Origin: a virus
IMG/VR virus record: IMGVR_UViG_3300030041_000010
Direction: 5' to 3' (one strand)
Length of the DNA: 64,000 bases
In this document: positions 29,660 to 40,194 of the stretch, one piece after another
Layout: each line of letters opens with the position of its first letter
How positions within the stretch are numbered: position 1 is the first letter of the stretch
Notes under the pieces: model-generated
The model's database searches: none
The model's input: only the letters and a program-made list of their open reading frames with translations
What the model was told of the DNA's origin: nothing
Made by a program: the position numbers and the translations under genes

Positions 29660-31879
29660 ATGGGTACTCAATACGAAACAGTCACAGTCACGGTAGGAGG
29701 GGTTAACCCACAAACTATCACTGTATCGGTGCCGGTAAATACTTCCACAGGCACTGGATCAGCCACGTTCTCCTACACTGGGGCTCACGGGGGTACTGAC
29801 ACTCTTAGTGGAAGTGGGACCATCGCAGGAACTGCCTATACCTCGAACTCGGCTGAGGTGAGTTGGCAGGGCACAAATGGACAGATTCAAATTGGCCCGG
29901 TCACGGCCTATATGTGGAATGACTCAAATACGGTCACCGCTATTCAGAACTACCCTAAGTTCAACCCGGCTGACCCGGCAGTCACATCTTTGGGCATCCA
30001 ATCAGGCTTAGCCTCCAGTAATGGCAACGGGTTGGCGGTTCTTTCTACCAGCTATGGGTATGTTGGCTCAGCGGTAGGTAACTCCTTGGTCCTTGACGCG
30101 GGAGGGATTGGTAATAGTAACCCCCTCACTTGGGAGACTCTGACTGCCACTGGTGGTATTGTAGGATCGACCAGCCCTTTCCCTTCTGTAAGCACTAACT
30201 TTAATGCGGTGTTTTTGTGCAACATAATTGTTCCGACCGCTGGAACACACACTATTAACGTGCAAAACAAGCACCAAGTGTTAGTGGGTATTGGTGGACT
30301 ATTCGGCGGCACGCCCTTTGCTTCGGCTCCGTTTTATTCCACAGGGAGTAACATCCCACCCGCAGGTCAGACAATGACCGCATATAGCGGCTTCCCGCTT
30401 TTGCCATGGTTTCCATACAACAACATCTCCTATCCGGAACCTGTTACTTCAATTAGCGTCAACTTCCCTTCAGCGGGTATCTATCCGATGGAAGTTGATT
30501 ATGACTACTGGTACCACAGCGGACGTACTATGTGCCTCAGTTTTGACAACGCGACCACATCATTCGGGGGTAATAGTGTACCCACCAACTACCCGGTAAC
30601 CACCAGTGTTGTCACTCCTCCTCCTGCCAGCACCCCTTCTGGTGTTCTTACAATCACCCCGGCTGGTGGAGTTACCAACTTCCAGTTTACGGGAAGCCCA
30701 ATCACTCTGACGGTTAACATATCAGGGGTTACGTATACCTCGAAATCATACTGCCCTGTGCTTGAAGGAACCAGTGGTAATTTGCTTTTGTACAACAGCG
30801 CATCCAGCAGCACTTACACATTTCAGACCTATAATGGAAACTCGGTTAATAAAACAGCGTATGCCCCGGTCGGATTCCAGCTATCCTCGGCGGATAACAA
30901 TGCCTATCAGGGATTATTTGGTGTGTCGTATAACGGCTCTGACTTCTCGTTGAATTACAATGGGACTACGGCCAACTCAACTAGTGCATCCCGCGTGCTT
31001 TCCACTAGCTTGATCGTCACGGCGGATGATGTTGCTTGGTTCAACAACTCGAACAACTCTTTCGACCTCTTTGTTCCAGCGGGTTCAACGGGGGGGAACA
31101 CCTTTAATTTCGAGGTGGATTATATGAACAATCCTTCAGTGGCATCCATCTCACCTACTACAATTACAGCCAATGGGAATAGCTATACGTTAGTTATCTC
31201 ACTGAGTAAGGCGTTTTCACCTCAGCAGCAGGGAGCGTTTGGTACAGGAAACACAGTCAATTGTAGTTGCTCGATTACCGGCGCTACCTCAACCGGAAGC
31301 CCTTCTCCTAACTTAGATTCCGGTGGGTGGCTTACAGGGTGGAACGTACCCTTTACTGCCCCCTTAGCCACATCAAATCAGACCTTGACTGTTAGCCTCA
31401 CTGTGTCGGGGACTCTCACTTACCTTAGTGGCGACACGTTTGTGACTAACACTATCACTTATATTAGTGGGAATGTTGGGACTATAACAGCAAATGGTTC
31501 CACGTATTTGCCTCCTAGTGCTCAGAGTTTTTCTGTCTCGCCATCTGGCCCTACCTATCCATATACCACTACGTCAGTTACTGCAACCGCAACTGTGTTT
31601 ACAGTAGCCACAAATGATTCAGTGACTTGTATTTTCAAATACCAACCAGTTGGAGCCTCGGGTTCAGGGACTATCGGAACGGGAAGTCAAACATCCTCCA
31701 TTCCAGCCACTATAGGTTCTACTGCTGGTTATCTGCAAACATTCACCTTTACATTCAACCCTAATTCGTTTCTTGGCGACCCAGCAGGTAACTATCTTGG
31801 GTTTACCGCGACTGACAACGTAAGTGGTCTAACTTGTAGCTACACTTCGACTACGGTATACACCGTAACACATCCTTAA
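29660..31879 (+). CDS. Virion protein with PA14-like beta domain
   Basis: FLCNIIVPTAGTHT..VNFPSAGIYPMEVDY pattern; S/T/G-rich. Confidence 0.55.
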   Translation: MGTQYETVTVTVGGVNPQTITVSVPVNTSTGTGSATFSYTGAHGGTDTLSGSGTIAGTAYTSNSAEVSWQGTNGQIQIGPVTAYMWNDSNTVTAIQNYPKFNPADPAVTSLGIQSGLASSNGNGLAVLSTSYGYVGSAVGNSLVLDAGGIGNSNPLTWETLTATGGIVGSTSPFPSVSTNFNAVFLCNIIVPTAGTHTINVQNKHQVLVGIGGLFGGTPFASAPFYSTGSNIPPAGQTMTAYSGFPLLPWFPYNNISYPEPVTSISVNFPSAGIYPMEVDYDYWYHSGRTMCLSFDNATTSFGGNSVPTNYPVTTSVVTPPPASTPSGVLTITPAGGVTNFQFTGSPITLTVNISGVTYTSKSYCPVLEGTSGNLLLYNSASSSTYTFQTYNGNSVNKTAYAPVGFQLSSADNNAYQGLFGVSYNGSDFSLNYNGTTANSTSASRVLSTSLIVTADDVAWFNNSNNSFDLFVPAGSTGGNTFNFEVDYMNNPSVASISPTTITANGNSYTLVISLSKAFSPQQQGAFGTGNTVNCSCSITGATSTGSPSPNLDSGGWLTGWNVPFTAPLATSNQTLTVSLTVSGTLTYLSGDTFVTNTITYISGNVGTITANGSTYLPPSAQSFSVSPSGPTYPYTTTSVTATATVFTVATNDSVTCIFKYQPVGASGSGTIGTGSQTSSIPATIGSTAGYLQTFTFTFNPNSFLGDPAGNYLGFTATDNVSGLTCSYTSTTVYTVTHP

Positions 31880-31898
31880 TTAGGAGAAATACGACAGT

Positions 31899-32594
31899 AT
31901 GTCCGATAGTTTCGTGTATGCGTACGCACACCCACCGTTCAATTTTTTAGGGCACTTCTCAGCTAGTCAGTGGAGTGCCTTTCAGTCTTGGGTGTCTGAT
32001 CGTCAAAATAACTTCGCACCCATCTCCCAGTTCTATCAGATTCGAGCCCAACAGCTTAGAAAAACTGCGGGAGTGTTGGAACAGTATTACAACACGTTGA
32101 ACGATCAACACCTTGCACCTACCTTTTCCAAAACTCTTTGGAAGCCGGGGCAATACGGCCACTTCGCTTACCCCTATGATAACGACCATCTTCCCATGGT
32201 GATGATGAGTAAGGTTAAGACCAGATTCAAGGACATGCTTCAACGGGATGAAGAGGCTGTGTTTCACATGAATCAGGTGCGGTGTCTAATCGAGAAGAAT
32301 GAGGATATGGCTCAGCACGCTCATGATTTCATCCAACCGGCGAACTCGACCTCGAATAATGATTCTCCTGAGACACTTCAGCCTCTGTTGGCAAAAATCA
32401 ACAGTTATTTCTCGAAACCTGAGTACGTAGCCGTTCTAGTAGATGACATTAACAGTTTGTACAAGGGTCAACCGTATTTCCGTGTCCATCAAGCCGATAC
32501 CCCAACTACTTGGGAGTTAGAACAGATGATGCATACTGACCCCTCATTGGGAATGCCAATCAATATCAAGGAACAAGGAGCCGTCGAAACTTAA
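31899..32594 (+). CDS. Hypothetical structural protein
   Basis: AGGAG RBS; translationally coupled to the next gene. Confidence 0.65.
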   Translation: MSDSFVYAYAHPPFNFLGHFSASQWSAFQSWVSDRQNNFAPISQFYQIRAQQLRKTAGVLEQYYNTLNDQHLAPTFSKTLWKPGQYGHFAYPYDNDHLPMVMMSKVKTRFKDMLQRDEEAVFHMNQVRCLIEKNEDMAQHAHDFIQPANSTSNNDSPETLQPLLAKINSYFSKPEYVAVLVDDINSLYKGQPYFRVHQADTPTTWELEQMMHTDPSLGMPINIKEQGAVET

Positions 32595-33370
32595 TGAGTT
32601 ATGATTTCAACATTCGGTTGGCTCCATGTGACCATCAACAGTCATTTGAGAGATATGTTATTGATTGGGAAGATTTTATGACGCTGCATGTTGCTAGTAA
32701 TGTGGTCATGAACATGCGTGCCCCAATTAACGGCGTCAATCAGGTCGAGGTGTATATCGGAGGCCAACTCATTCAACCGAATGATCTAACCTATGGGTAC
32801 AAAATCACCCCTGACATTAACCGGGTCCAGACCGACAACCCTAACCAGTTCTACAAAATCATGTTTAACAAACCGATTCGTTGGTATGTGCCTCTTATTG
32901 AGGTTTCTTACATCACGGTCAAGAACTTTTGTTTGAAATGTGGGACAGCAGGGCAGTTGAATGATATTAAGCCAGCCAGCAATGGGTCGGTTATCCATAC
33001 GGTCGGCACCGATAAAATGGTTCAACGGGTGTTGAAGATGGTACTAACCTCTCAGTGTGGGTTCTACCCCCAATTCACCTGTCCAATTAAGAGTTATGTG
33101 GGTAAAAGATTTGGGGTGACAATCACAGATGCGGACGTTTCGAATCAAGTTATGACGGCTCTTCAGAATCTGAAAAGTATTCAATCGGCTCAAAGGACTG
33201 TGCAGCATCTCGACCCGCAAGAGATGTTAAAAGATATACAAAACCTGCAAACTACTACAGTTGATCCGACTTCTATTTCCATTGCGGCAGACTTAACCTC
33301 TTATGGTACGCCAAATGCGACCTCCGTGAGCTTTGCCTTAACCACGTCATCCCAGTTAGTAGGTCAATAA
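32594..33370 (+). CDS. Putative baseplate wedge subunit (gp25-like C-terminus)
   Basis: GTDKMVQRVLKMVLT..FYPQFTCPIKSYVG; lies immediately before the J-like gene. Confidence 0.55.
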   Translation: MSYDFNIRLAPCDHQQSFERYVIDWEDFMTLHVASNVVMNMRAPINGVNQVEVYIGGQLIQPNDLTYGYKITPDINRVQTDNPNQFYKIMFNKPIRWYVPLIEVSYITVKNFCLKCGTAGQLNDIKPASNGSVIHTVGTDKMVQRVLKMVLTSQCGFYPQFTCPIKSYVGKRFGVTITDADVSNQVMTALQNLKSIQSAQRTVQHLDPQEMLKDIQNLQTTTVDPTSISIAADLTSYGTPNATSVSFALTTSSQLVGQ

Positions 33371-36300
33371 ATGCCAACACCTAATGTCACATTAACGGCT
33401 CTTACATCAGTGACCCCTGTTCTGCCCACACCGACGCAGGGGCAGACAAGCTCTATCTCTGTCGATACAACGGCTCTGCCATACATCATCTACGCGGATG
33501 CAAATACAAGTCAGGTTGAAGTCCTCGCATACAACCAGACCACCTATAACAAAGACCCTCTTTTGGTGAATGGACAGAACCAATTTGGTGGCACCATAAC
33601 CATCAATCCCACACAAGGTGACTTCACCGTTCAGATTCTCGGTAGAAACTACGACCCAACCGCCCCTTCTTGGGCGGCGGCGACAACCTACGCTCTCAAT
33701 TTTCGATTGGTTGACCCTAATGGTTATGTTCAGGTTGTTACTACAGCGGGAGTTTCGGGGTCAACAATTCCAAGTTTCAACACAACAGTTGGTGACTCTA
33801 CAACTGACAATGGCGTAGTGTGGGAGAACCTTGGTTACATCTCCATCACCCCTACCCTGAAGTTTCTCCTACTCCCGTACGTCAGTGGCTCAGGGGCTCT
33901 TATTGGCCCTCCTTCGGCTGTACGTTCTTACATGGCACAAAATATCTGTCGTGTTGAATGGTTGGAACCGACCTATCCCGGAACTATCGGAACTCGCGTC
34001 ATGTTGTCCACTGATCCAAATGGCATCAATCCCATTTACACCCAGTATGGGGGGATTGTGCCACCTTCGCAACTAAGTAGATCAGATACGTCAGTGTTGG
34101 CTACTCAGTCAGCAACTGCTTATGACGGCACGGCGGGAACTCAAACCATAACGACGGTCAATACAGTTCAGCAGAACAACTATAACTACGTGGATGTTCC
34201 ACAAACAGATGTTGGTGGCGCGGACATCTTCTATGCGATGCTTTCCACGGTTATTCAAGACCCCAGCACACAAGCTATCTTTGAATCACAACAGAACGGC
34301 CCGGTTACATGTGGTTATGTAAACCTCAAACTTGTACAGCTTACCGATTTCCTTGCACTACAACGTAAAGAAGACATAGCCGGAAGGATGATTACGCAGG
34401 TCAATCGCAATTACCCTAATTTAGACCTGTCCCCACGCTCAGAGCTTCGTGATCTTATGGTTGATCCAGTAGCGATTGAACTCTCTAATATGAGTGTTCG
34501 AGAGTGGTTCTCGCGGGTTAGTCGATCCGTTTCGGGTCTTGCTCAAATTGATAATGCCAGCGGTAACGGCATCAGCGACCCATTCAACTCGTCTCCTGTG
34601 AAGCAGCAAATTTCTCGTGCGTATGGATTAAACCCCACCGACACTCAAACATTTATTGACAGTCAGTTTGATGTACTTGGTGAGCGTGCTGGTCTCAGCC
34701 GCCTTGGTGCAACTTCTTCGGTTGTAACCATCACGTTCTACACATACGTCAAACCAACTTCTTCGGTGGTGTTTCCTACCGGCCTCATTGTTTCTACAAT
34801 AGCTGACGCACAGACTTCAGCTTTAAATTTTGTGACAACCGGCTCCGCCAGTATAGCGACAAGCTCTACTAACACGTATTACAACCCGGTCAATGGTTGG
34901 TGGGCACTAAGCGTACCAGCCTCTTGCCAATCCGCAGGAAGTAACACAAACGTAGGGTCTGGAACAATCAATAATCTTGGCTCTGGAGCCCCTTCAGGAT
35001 GGTACTGCACAAATTTGGTGGCAGCGGCATTCGGACAGGATAGAGAAATTAACTCCAGCTTTGCCTCTCGTATCATAACCCGGTCGGTAACAGGGGTGGA
35101 TTCAGGTACACGTAACGGATACCTTACCACAGCACTTGAAACCCCCGGAATAACCTCCGCAGTTGTGGTTGCGGCGGGGGCGACTGAGATGCTCCGTGAC
35201 TGGGATTCAATTCGTCAAAAGCATGTGTATGGTTGTGTGGATATTTATACGAGAGGTATCAGCTTCTCTGAGCAGGATGAAGTGGTTGGGTTTCAATATA
35301 AGAACACTGGCACGTTTGGGACTCCTACAACGTACATCACACTAAACTCGTTTAATAGGAACACGCTAAGTGCTCAGATTCCAAATTTTGCCTCTCTTCT
35401 ATACCCCCTGTACCAAGGAGTGCAGCTTCTTGTCACCGGATCAAATGGGAGTTTTTATCTTGGCCTAGAGAATGCTCAATTCGATAATGTGGGGGGCTAT
35501 ATTATATTGAATCCGAACGATCTGGCCTACCAAATTGTCGGCGACCCACTATCTCAGATTTCTATTCCTTTGGTACTCAATGGAGCACCCGCGACAAATA
35601 GGGCGGCTATTTCCAATCTATCTACCCAATCAGGAAGCACGACCTACCAATTGTTGGCAAGATACCAATCTCCTCTCACTGACGCCCCAGCGTTTCAACC
35701 AGTGGTTGCGGTGAACTCTGTTATTGGTCAGGCCAGTCAAACAGGTACAGTGGCGTCTAATCTCATCGACTTAATCCACACCTCTGATTTCTTGTTGAAT
35801 GGTGGGTCTAATCAGGCTGGAGATTTTGTCAATGTATCAACCACCGCCACTGCTTCGACTACAAAGACAATAACCGCAGTCAGTGGTAGTTTTGTAACGA
35901 TTGATTCAGGTATGAGTCTAACAGTGGACATTAACGGGAATCTTGGTAACGTGGTTTCAGTTCTTTCTAGTGACCAATCCACCTTATATGGCTTTGGTAC
36001 AGACTACGCTCTTGCTTCTATAGGAGCCTACCACACCTATGGCATTAAACCACTTCAAGTTACTGTGCAGGTCACAGCGATTCAGATTCTAGGGACATCA
36101 AGTCAGGCAGTTTTTACATGCAATAACTTGTTCGGGGTCGGAGCTACTGTCACTGTTAACAATTTAACCACACCTGAATTGGCGACCCTGTTCCCCTCCT
36201 CCACCGTTTTGACGGTGACTTCTTCAAATGGTTCGTCTTTCACAGTAACGTTCACATCAAGTTTGAACACAACCCCGATTGCAACAACCGGCACAGTTGC

Positions 36301-37558
36301 AGGAAGTACAATTCAGAACAACCAGCAAATTCTAGTTACTTACAACAAGTTTGAAGTTGCTGAAAATTTGACGTTTGTATCGGGAGAGTCTCAGACTCTA
36401 TCAGGCACGGCATTCTCTACGTTGAACAACCAAGGATTTGTGTATAACACGTGGCTCCCTGAGAGTTACGGGAACACCACCCTTACGTTGGATGGGGCAA
36501 CGTTAAATTCAGATGGAACGGTGAACCTATCACTATCCACTGGGCTTGTAGGGGCGCTGATCCCACATGATAATCGTTACATCAAGGTGACATATAACGG
36601 CACTGTGATGGTAGAAAATCAAGACTATGTTCTTGTTGTAGCCGCAGTTTCTGGCACAGCAGCCATTGCTCGGTCGGCTGCAAACATCGGCACTACCCGT
36701 ATTCCTGATGGGGCGGCTGTAAGCGTGTCTTACTTCATTACTGAGGCGTTCACATTTGCTACTGAATATCCAGCCTTTGTGGAAATCCTCGCTAATCAGA
36801 TTGCAACCACTAAGCACGCAGCAGCAGATGTTCTTGTGAAAGCAATGGTGGCCAACCCGGTCGATGTTTCTATGACAGTGACTTTACAGGCGAATGCTTC
36901 GGCGGATGTTGTCGATCCCATTATCCGCAGTACCATAGACCTCGTATTGGATAATGCGAATGCCTCTCTTTATCAGTCAGAAATTGTTCAGCAGGTCATG
37001 GGAGTAACCGGAGTACAGACGGTCAATCTTCCTCTGACTAAGTGTGCCAAGAGTGATGGCTCCTACGACATTGGTGTGGTTATTCCGACTGGAACCACGT
37101 GGATTCCATTGTCTTCAGACCCGGCGTTCGCGGGAAGCACAACGCCAGCCAATAGTTTCATTACACAGAAGCCAGTTCTTCCAGATAGCACAATGCCCTC
37201 GGGTGGTACACCTGAAGCCTTTGTTGGCCTCCTATATCAGGGTCAGGCATACACTCGTACAAATTCGATTCAACAGTTCCTTACCACGGCTGCAACTCCG
37301 GCGACGTTGTCCTCAGCCGGTTCTTTTTACATTATCGGAACCAATGACCGAATCAATGCGACGACAGCTTTGAGTTCGGCGTATAACCAAAAAGTCATTG
37401 TCACGGTTCCGGCTACTGTAAAGAATCCTTCCCTTCTCTCATTTTTCGTGACCTACCAAGTTTACGGAGCAGGCGGGGCTAGTGACATTATTTTATCTAG
37501 CACCGAGTACGTCACCCCCGGAAACGTCACAATCTCGTATATAACTAACGGTAACTAA
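33371..37558 (+). CDS. Baseplate J-like / wedge protein
   Basis: LDLSPRSELRDL, GLSRLGATSS, GSNTNVGSGTI, GQDREINSSF, GCVDIY motifs. Confidence 0.8.
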   Translation: MPTPNVTLTALTSVTPVLPTPTQGQTSSISVDTTALPYIIYADANTSQVEVLAYNQTTYNKDPLLVNGQNQFGGTITINPTQGDFTVQILGRNYDPTAPSWAAATTYALNFRLVDPNGYVQVVTTAGVSGSTIPSFNTTVGDSTTDNGVVWENLGYISITPTLKFLLLPYVSGSGALIGPPSAVRSYMAQNICRVEWLEPTYPGTIGTRVMLSTDPNGINPIYTQYGGIVPPSQLSRSDTSVLATQSATAYDGTAGTQTITTVNTVQQNNYNYVDVPQTDVGGADIFYAMLSTVIQDPSTQAIFESQQNGPVTCGYVNLKLVQLTDFLALQRKEDIAGRMITQVNRNYPNLDLSPRSELRDLMVDPVAIELSNMSVREWFSRVSRSVSGLAQIDNASGNGISDPFNSSPVKQQISRAYGLNPTDTQTFIDSQFDVLGERAGLSRLGATSSVVTITFYTYVKPTSSVVFPTGLIVSTIADAQTSALNFVTTGSASIATSSTNTYYNPVNGWWALSVPASCQSAGSNTNVGSGTINNLGSGAPSGWYCTNLVAAAFGQDREINSSFASRIITRSVTGVDSGTRNGYLTTALETPGITSAVVVAAGATEMLRDWDSIRQKHVYGCVDIYTRGISFSEQDEVVGFQYKNTGTFGTPTTYITLNSFNRNTLSAQIPNFASLLYPLYQGVQLLVTGSNGSFYLGLENAQFDNVGGYIILNPNDLAYQIVGDPLSQISIPLVLNGAPATNRAAISNLSTQSGSTTYQLLARYQSPLTDAPAFQPVVAVNSVIGQASQTGTVASNLIDLIHTSDFLLNGGSNQAGDFVNVSTTATASTTKTITAVSGSFVTIDSGMSLTVDINGNLGNVVSVLSSDQSTLYGFGTDYALASIGAYHTYGIKPLQVTVQVTAIQILGTSSQAVFTCNNLFGVGATVTVNNLTTPELATLFPSSTVLTVTSSNGSSFTVTFTSSLNTTPIATTGTVAGSTIQNNQQILVTYNKFEVAENLTFVSGESQTLSGTAFSTLNNQGFVYNTWLPESYGNTTLTLDGATLNSDGTVNLSLSTGLVGALIPHDNRYIKVTYNGTVMVENQDYVLVVAAVSGTAAIARSAANIGTTRIPDGAAVSVSYFITEAFTFATEYPAFVEILANQIATTKHAAADVLVKAMVANPVDVSMTVTLQANASADVVDPIIRSTIDLVLDNANASLYQSEIVQQVMGVTGVQTVNLPLTKCAKSDGSYDIGVVIPTGTTWIPLSSDPAFAGSTTPANSFITQKPVLPDSTMPSGGTPEAFVGLLYQGQAYTRTNSIQQFLTTAATPATLSSAGSFYIIGTNDRINATTALSSAYNQKVIVTVPATVKNPSLLSFFVTYQVYGAGGASDIILSSTEYVTPGNVTISYITNGN

Positions 37559-37567
37559 AGGATGTAA

Positions 37568-40186
37568 ATGGCTTCACCTCTATACAATTCGCAGGGGGCA
37601 TGGGTATCCACGACTCAGTATAACTACCTAGATGCGGTAACCTATGGTAGGTCTAGTTACATTTGCACCGCTTCGGGTTCTCTAAATCAGGAACCTTCCC
37701 TGTCGCCGTCAGTATGGGTTCAAATGCCAGAGGTAACCCAAGAAGACCAATACTATTTGAAGAGCAGGGAAGACCTCTTACAATACGAGGACGCCCGGTA
37801 TCAATCCCTAATCAACGCGATGGCGAACTACTATACTACACGTAATGACCAGAGTGTTTGGGGGTCGTTCTTACGCGCAGTTTCCATGGAGTTGGCTCGT
37901 ATTGAGTATATGTACTCGTACGATGTGGTTACAAAAAACCCCAAATATTTAACCCCTCCGGACATCAAACGTGAGTATGCTAACCCCCTGTTTGTAACAG
38001 GTAATTTTCAGCAGTTGTCTCAGTTTGATTCGGGGGCGTTTGGTTCCTCATTCGGTCAATGGGTGTCGGATAGAGGGGTTATTCTAAACGAGGCAATCCT
38101 CGATAGTAATGGGAATGTTCAAATAGCGACCACCCCCGGTCAGACAGGGTTAACTGAGCCCCTGTGGGCGGTCACCACAGGCGGTACTACGACGGATGGC
38201 TCCGTAGTATGGACGAGCGGTGGCGTCGCACCCAGCACGCTTGCATACCCAAACGGGTATCGTGATATGCTCATCGACCTTCTCGCGGCCTATCAGGAAG
38301 GTGCCACGGTTAAATCCATTCAGGATGTCATTTATGCTTACACGGGGAAAGACATTATAGTAGAGGAACTCTACAAGCAGATTGGAAATGGGTTTTACGA
38401 TCAGAGTTATCGAAACACGGTGACCGTAAGTGTCAATGTTGGAGGCGATGATCCCTTCACTGATGTAGAGAGTCTACAAGAGTTACAACAGATTACAAAT
38501 TCCCTGTATGGTGCAGTTGACCTCGCTAAACCAGCCCATGTTGGCGTCGAGTTCGCCACCATTTTTGGGGCGGATGAAAACATTGATTGTTTTATCAGCC
38601 CTCGATACCTGACACAGGCTCAACTAAATGTGGTGGCCGAAAGTCAACAGCAATACTACAGCCTCATAGCGTATGTTTCAGCCCCACTTGCGTGGTCTCC
38701 TGACACCCATTATGCTTTGAACACCATTATTCAGGACTCCAATGGGTACCTTCAAAAAGTCACGACCGCTGGAACTTCTGATTCAGTGGCACCGGGATGG
38801 ACGACCGTTCTCGACGCCGTTACTTCAGACGGTCAGGTGGTTTGGACAAATATAGGAACCCCTGTAATTGCATGGATAGCAGACACTAACTACGTTGCAG
38901 GTAGCCTTCTTCAGGACAGTAATGGAAACATCCAACTCGCGACAACGGGAGGGGTCTCTGGCTCCTCTACACCAAGCTGGAACTCAAGTCTTCAGGGAAC
39001 TGTCACAGATGGTGGAGTGACGTGGATCAACATCGGCACTCCGCAAATTACAACGACAGCATACACTGCCTTGTCATCTTCACAAAAACCCTATTATCAA
39101 GGGTACTATCAAGATGTAAATTGCGTGGGTTCGGGCATCAATGACACACTTCGAATAATTATCCAGCAATATGAAGAGCCACCATACAACCCTATGTTGT
39201 ATCAAGCGCCTATCGTCGTCGTTGGCAACCCGAACACTACACTCGCTTCTTATGGGCGTCAGATGTTCACTCCGTTGAGCCAAACAAATTGGCAGACGTT
39301 ACAGGGCAGTCCACAGGTGTGGGATAGTTCGATCACATACCCCAAGGGTGCGCTTGTGCGTGCTGTGAGTGTCTCAACCTCCGGTAGTTTTAGTGATGGT
39401 GTATGGACACCGGGCGGGTGGCAGTTATATCGTGCTTTGAAAAGCAATGAGAATAACAACCCATTAACACAAACAACCGACTGGGCTCCCTTGGTTGGTA
39501 TCGAGGGACAGTTTGCCCCTTCTGTATATCAAGCGTACTATCAGGCAGCAAATGGTCAGTATGTGGCGGGTATTCAACCGTGGAACCCAACGACTTCGTT
39601 TTATACGGGGCAGTACGCTATTGATAACAGCGGCAATCTGGAGCTTGCTGTCGTCGGGGGAACCACCTCTCCAACAGTCAATGTGGCGAACGCCCCGAAC
39701 GCAGTGGTGATTTCAGGCAACGTCCTTACTTTAATGCTGTCGAGTGGGTTAGCCAGTATGGGGCTTGTAGCCGGGGTCAGCAGTCTGACCATCTACAACT
39801 TTTCATTCGCGACTTTTCTGAACGGTTTGACATTGCCAGTTGTTGCGATTAACACAACATCCAGTCCAAACACTGTTTCATTGACTTACACTCATGCAAA
39901 CTACAACTCTGATTTGCAGAACGAAAGCAACGCCTCTATCCGTGTCGGGTTCAGCACGTCAACAAGTGTACCAACCTATGATGGAACGGTTCTGTGGGAA
40001 TACCTTGGCTCCAACTACCTCAACACCCCAGCCAAGTGGATTCAGGTGGTTGATTCTACCAATAATCCGACTTCCGAAGTCTCTAATTGGGATGTAAATC
40101 ACCCCATGGGGTTACTCTCACCCAGAACTGACCTTTGTTGGGAAATCAGTGGGGGGGATTTTTTCCAGTCATATACGTACGAATAG
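37568..40186 (+). CDS. Baseplate wedge protein with repeated Trp-containing modules
   Basis: YRDMLIDLLAAYQEGAT, LAKPAHV motifs; repeated W..T.Y..DSNG..Q..TT.G.S..P.W..DG.V.W units. Confidence 0.7.
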   Translation: MASPLYNSQGAWVSTTQYNYLDAVTYGRSSYICTASGSLNQEPSLSPSVWVQMPEVTQEDQYYLKSREDLLQYEDARYQSLINAMANYYTTRNDQSVWGSFLRAVSMELARIEYMYSYDVVTKNPKYLTPPDIKREYANPLFVTGNFQQLSQFDSGAFGSSFGQWVSDRGVILNEAILDSNGNVQIATTPGQTGLTEPLWAVTTGGTTTDGSVVWTSGGVAPSTLAYPNGYRDMLIDLLAAYQEGATVKSIQDVIYAYTGKDIIVEELYKQIGNGFYDQSYRNTVTVSVNVGGDDPFTDVESLQELQQITNSLYGAVDLAKPAHVGVEFATIFGADENIDCFISPRYLTQAQLNVVAESQQQYYSLIAYVSAPLAWSPDTHYALNTIIQDSNGYLQKVTTAGTSDSVAPGWTTVLDAVTSDGQVVWTNIGTPVIAWIADTNYVAGSLLQDSNGNIQLATTGGVSGSSTPSWNSSLQGTVTDGGVTWINIGTPQITTTAYTALSSSQKPYYQGYYQDVNCVGSGINDTLRIIIQQYEEPPYNPMLYQAPIVVVGNPNTTLASYGRQMFTPLSQTNWQTLQGSPQVWDSSITYPKGALVRAVSVSTSGSFSDGVWTPGGWQLYRALKSNENNNPLTQTTDWAPLVGIEGQFAPSVYQAYYQAANGQYVAGIQPWNPTTSFYTGQYAIDNSGNLELAVVGGTTSPTVNVANAPNAVVISGNVLTLMLSSGLASMGLVAGVSSLTIYNFSFATFLNGLTLPVVAINTTSSPNTVSLTYTHANYNSDLQNESNASIRVGFSTSTSVPTYDGTVLWEYLGSNYLNTPAKWIQVVDSTNNPTSEVSNWDVNHPMGLLSPRTDLCWEISGGDFFQSYTYE

Positions 40187-40194
40187 GAGAGATA

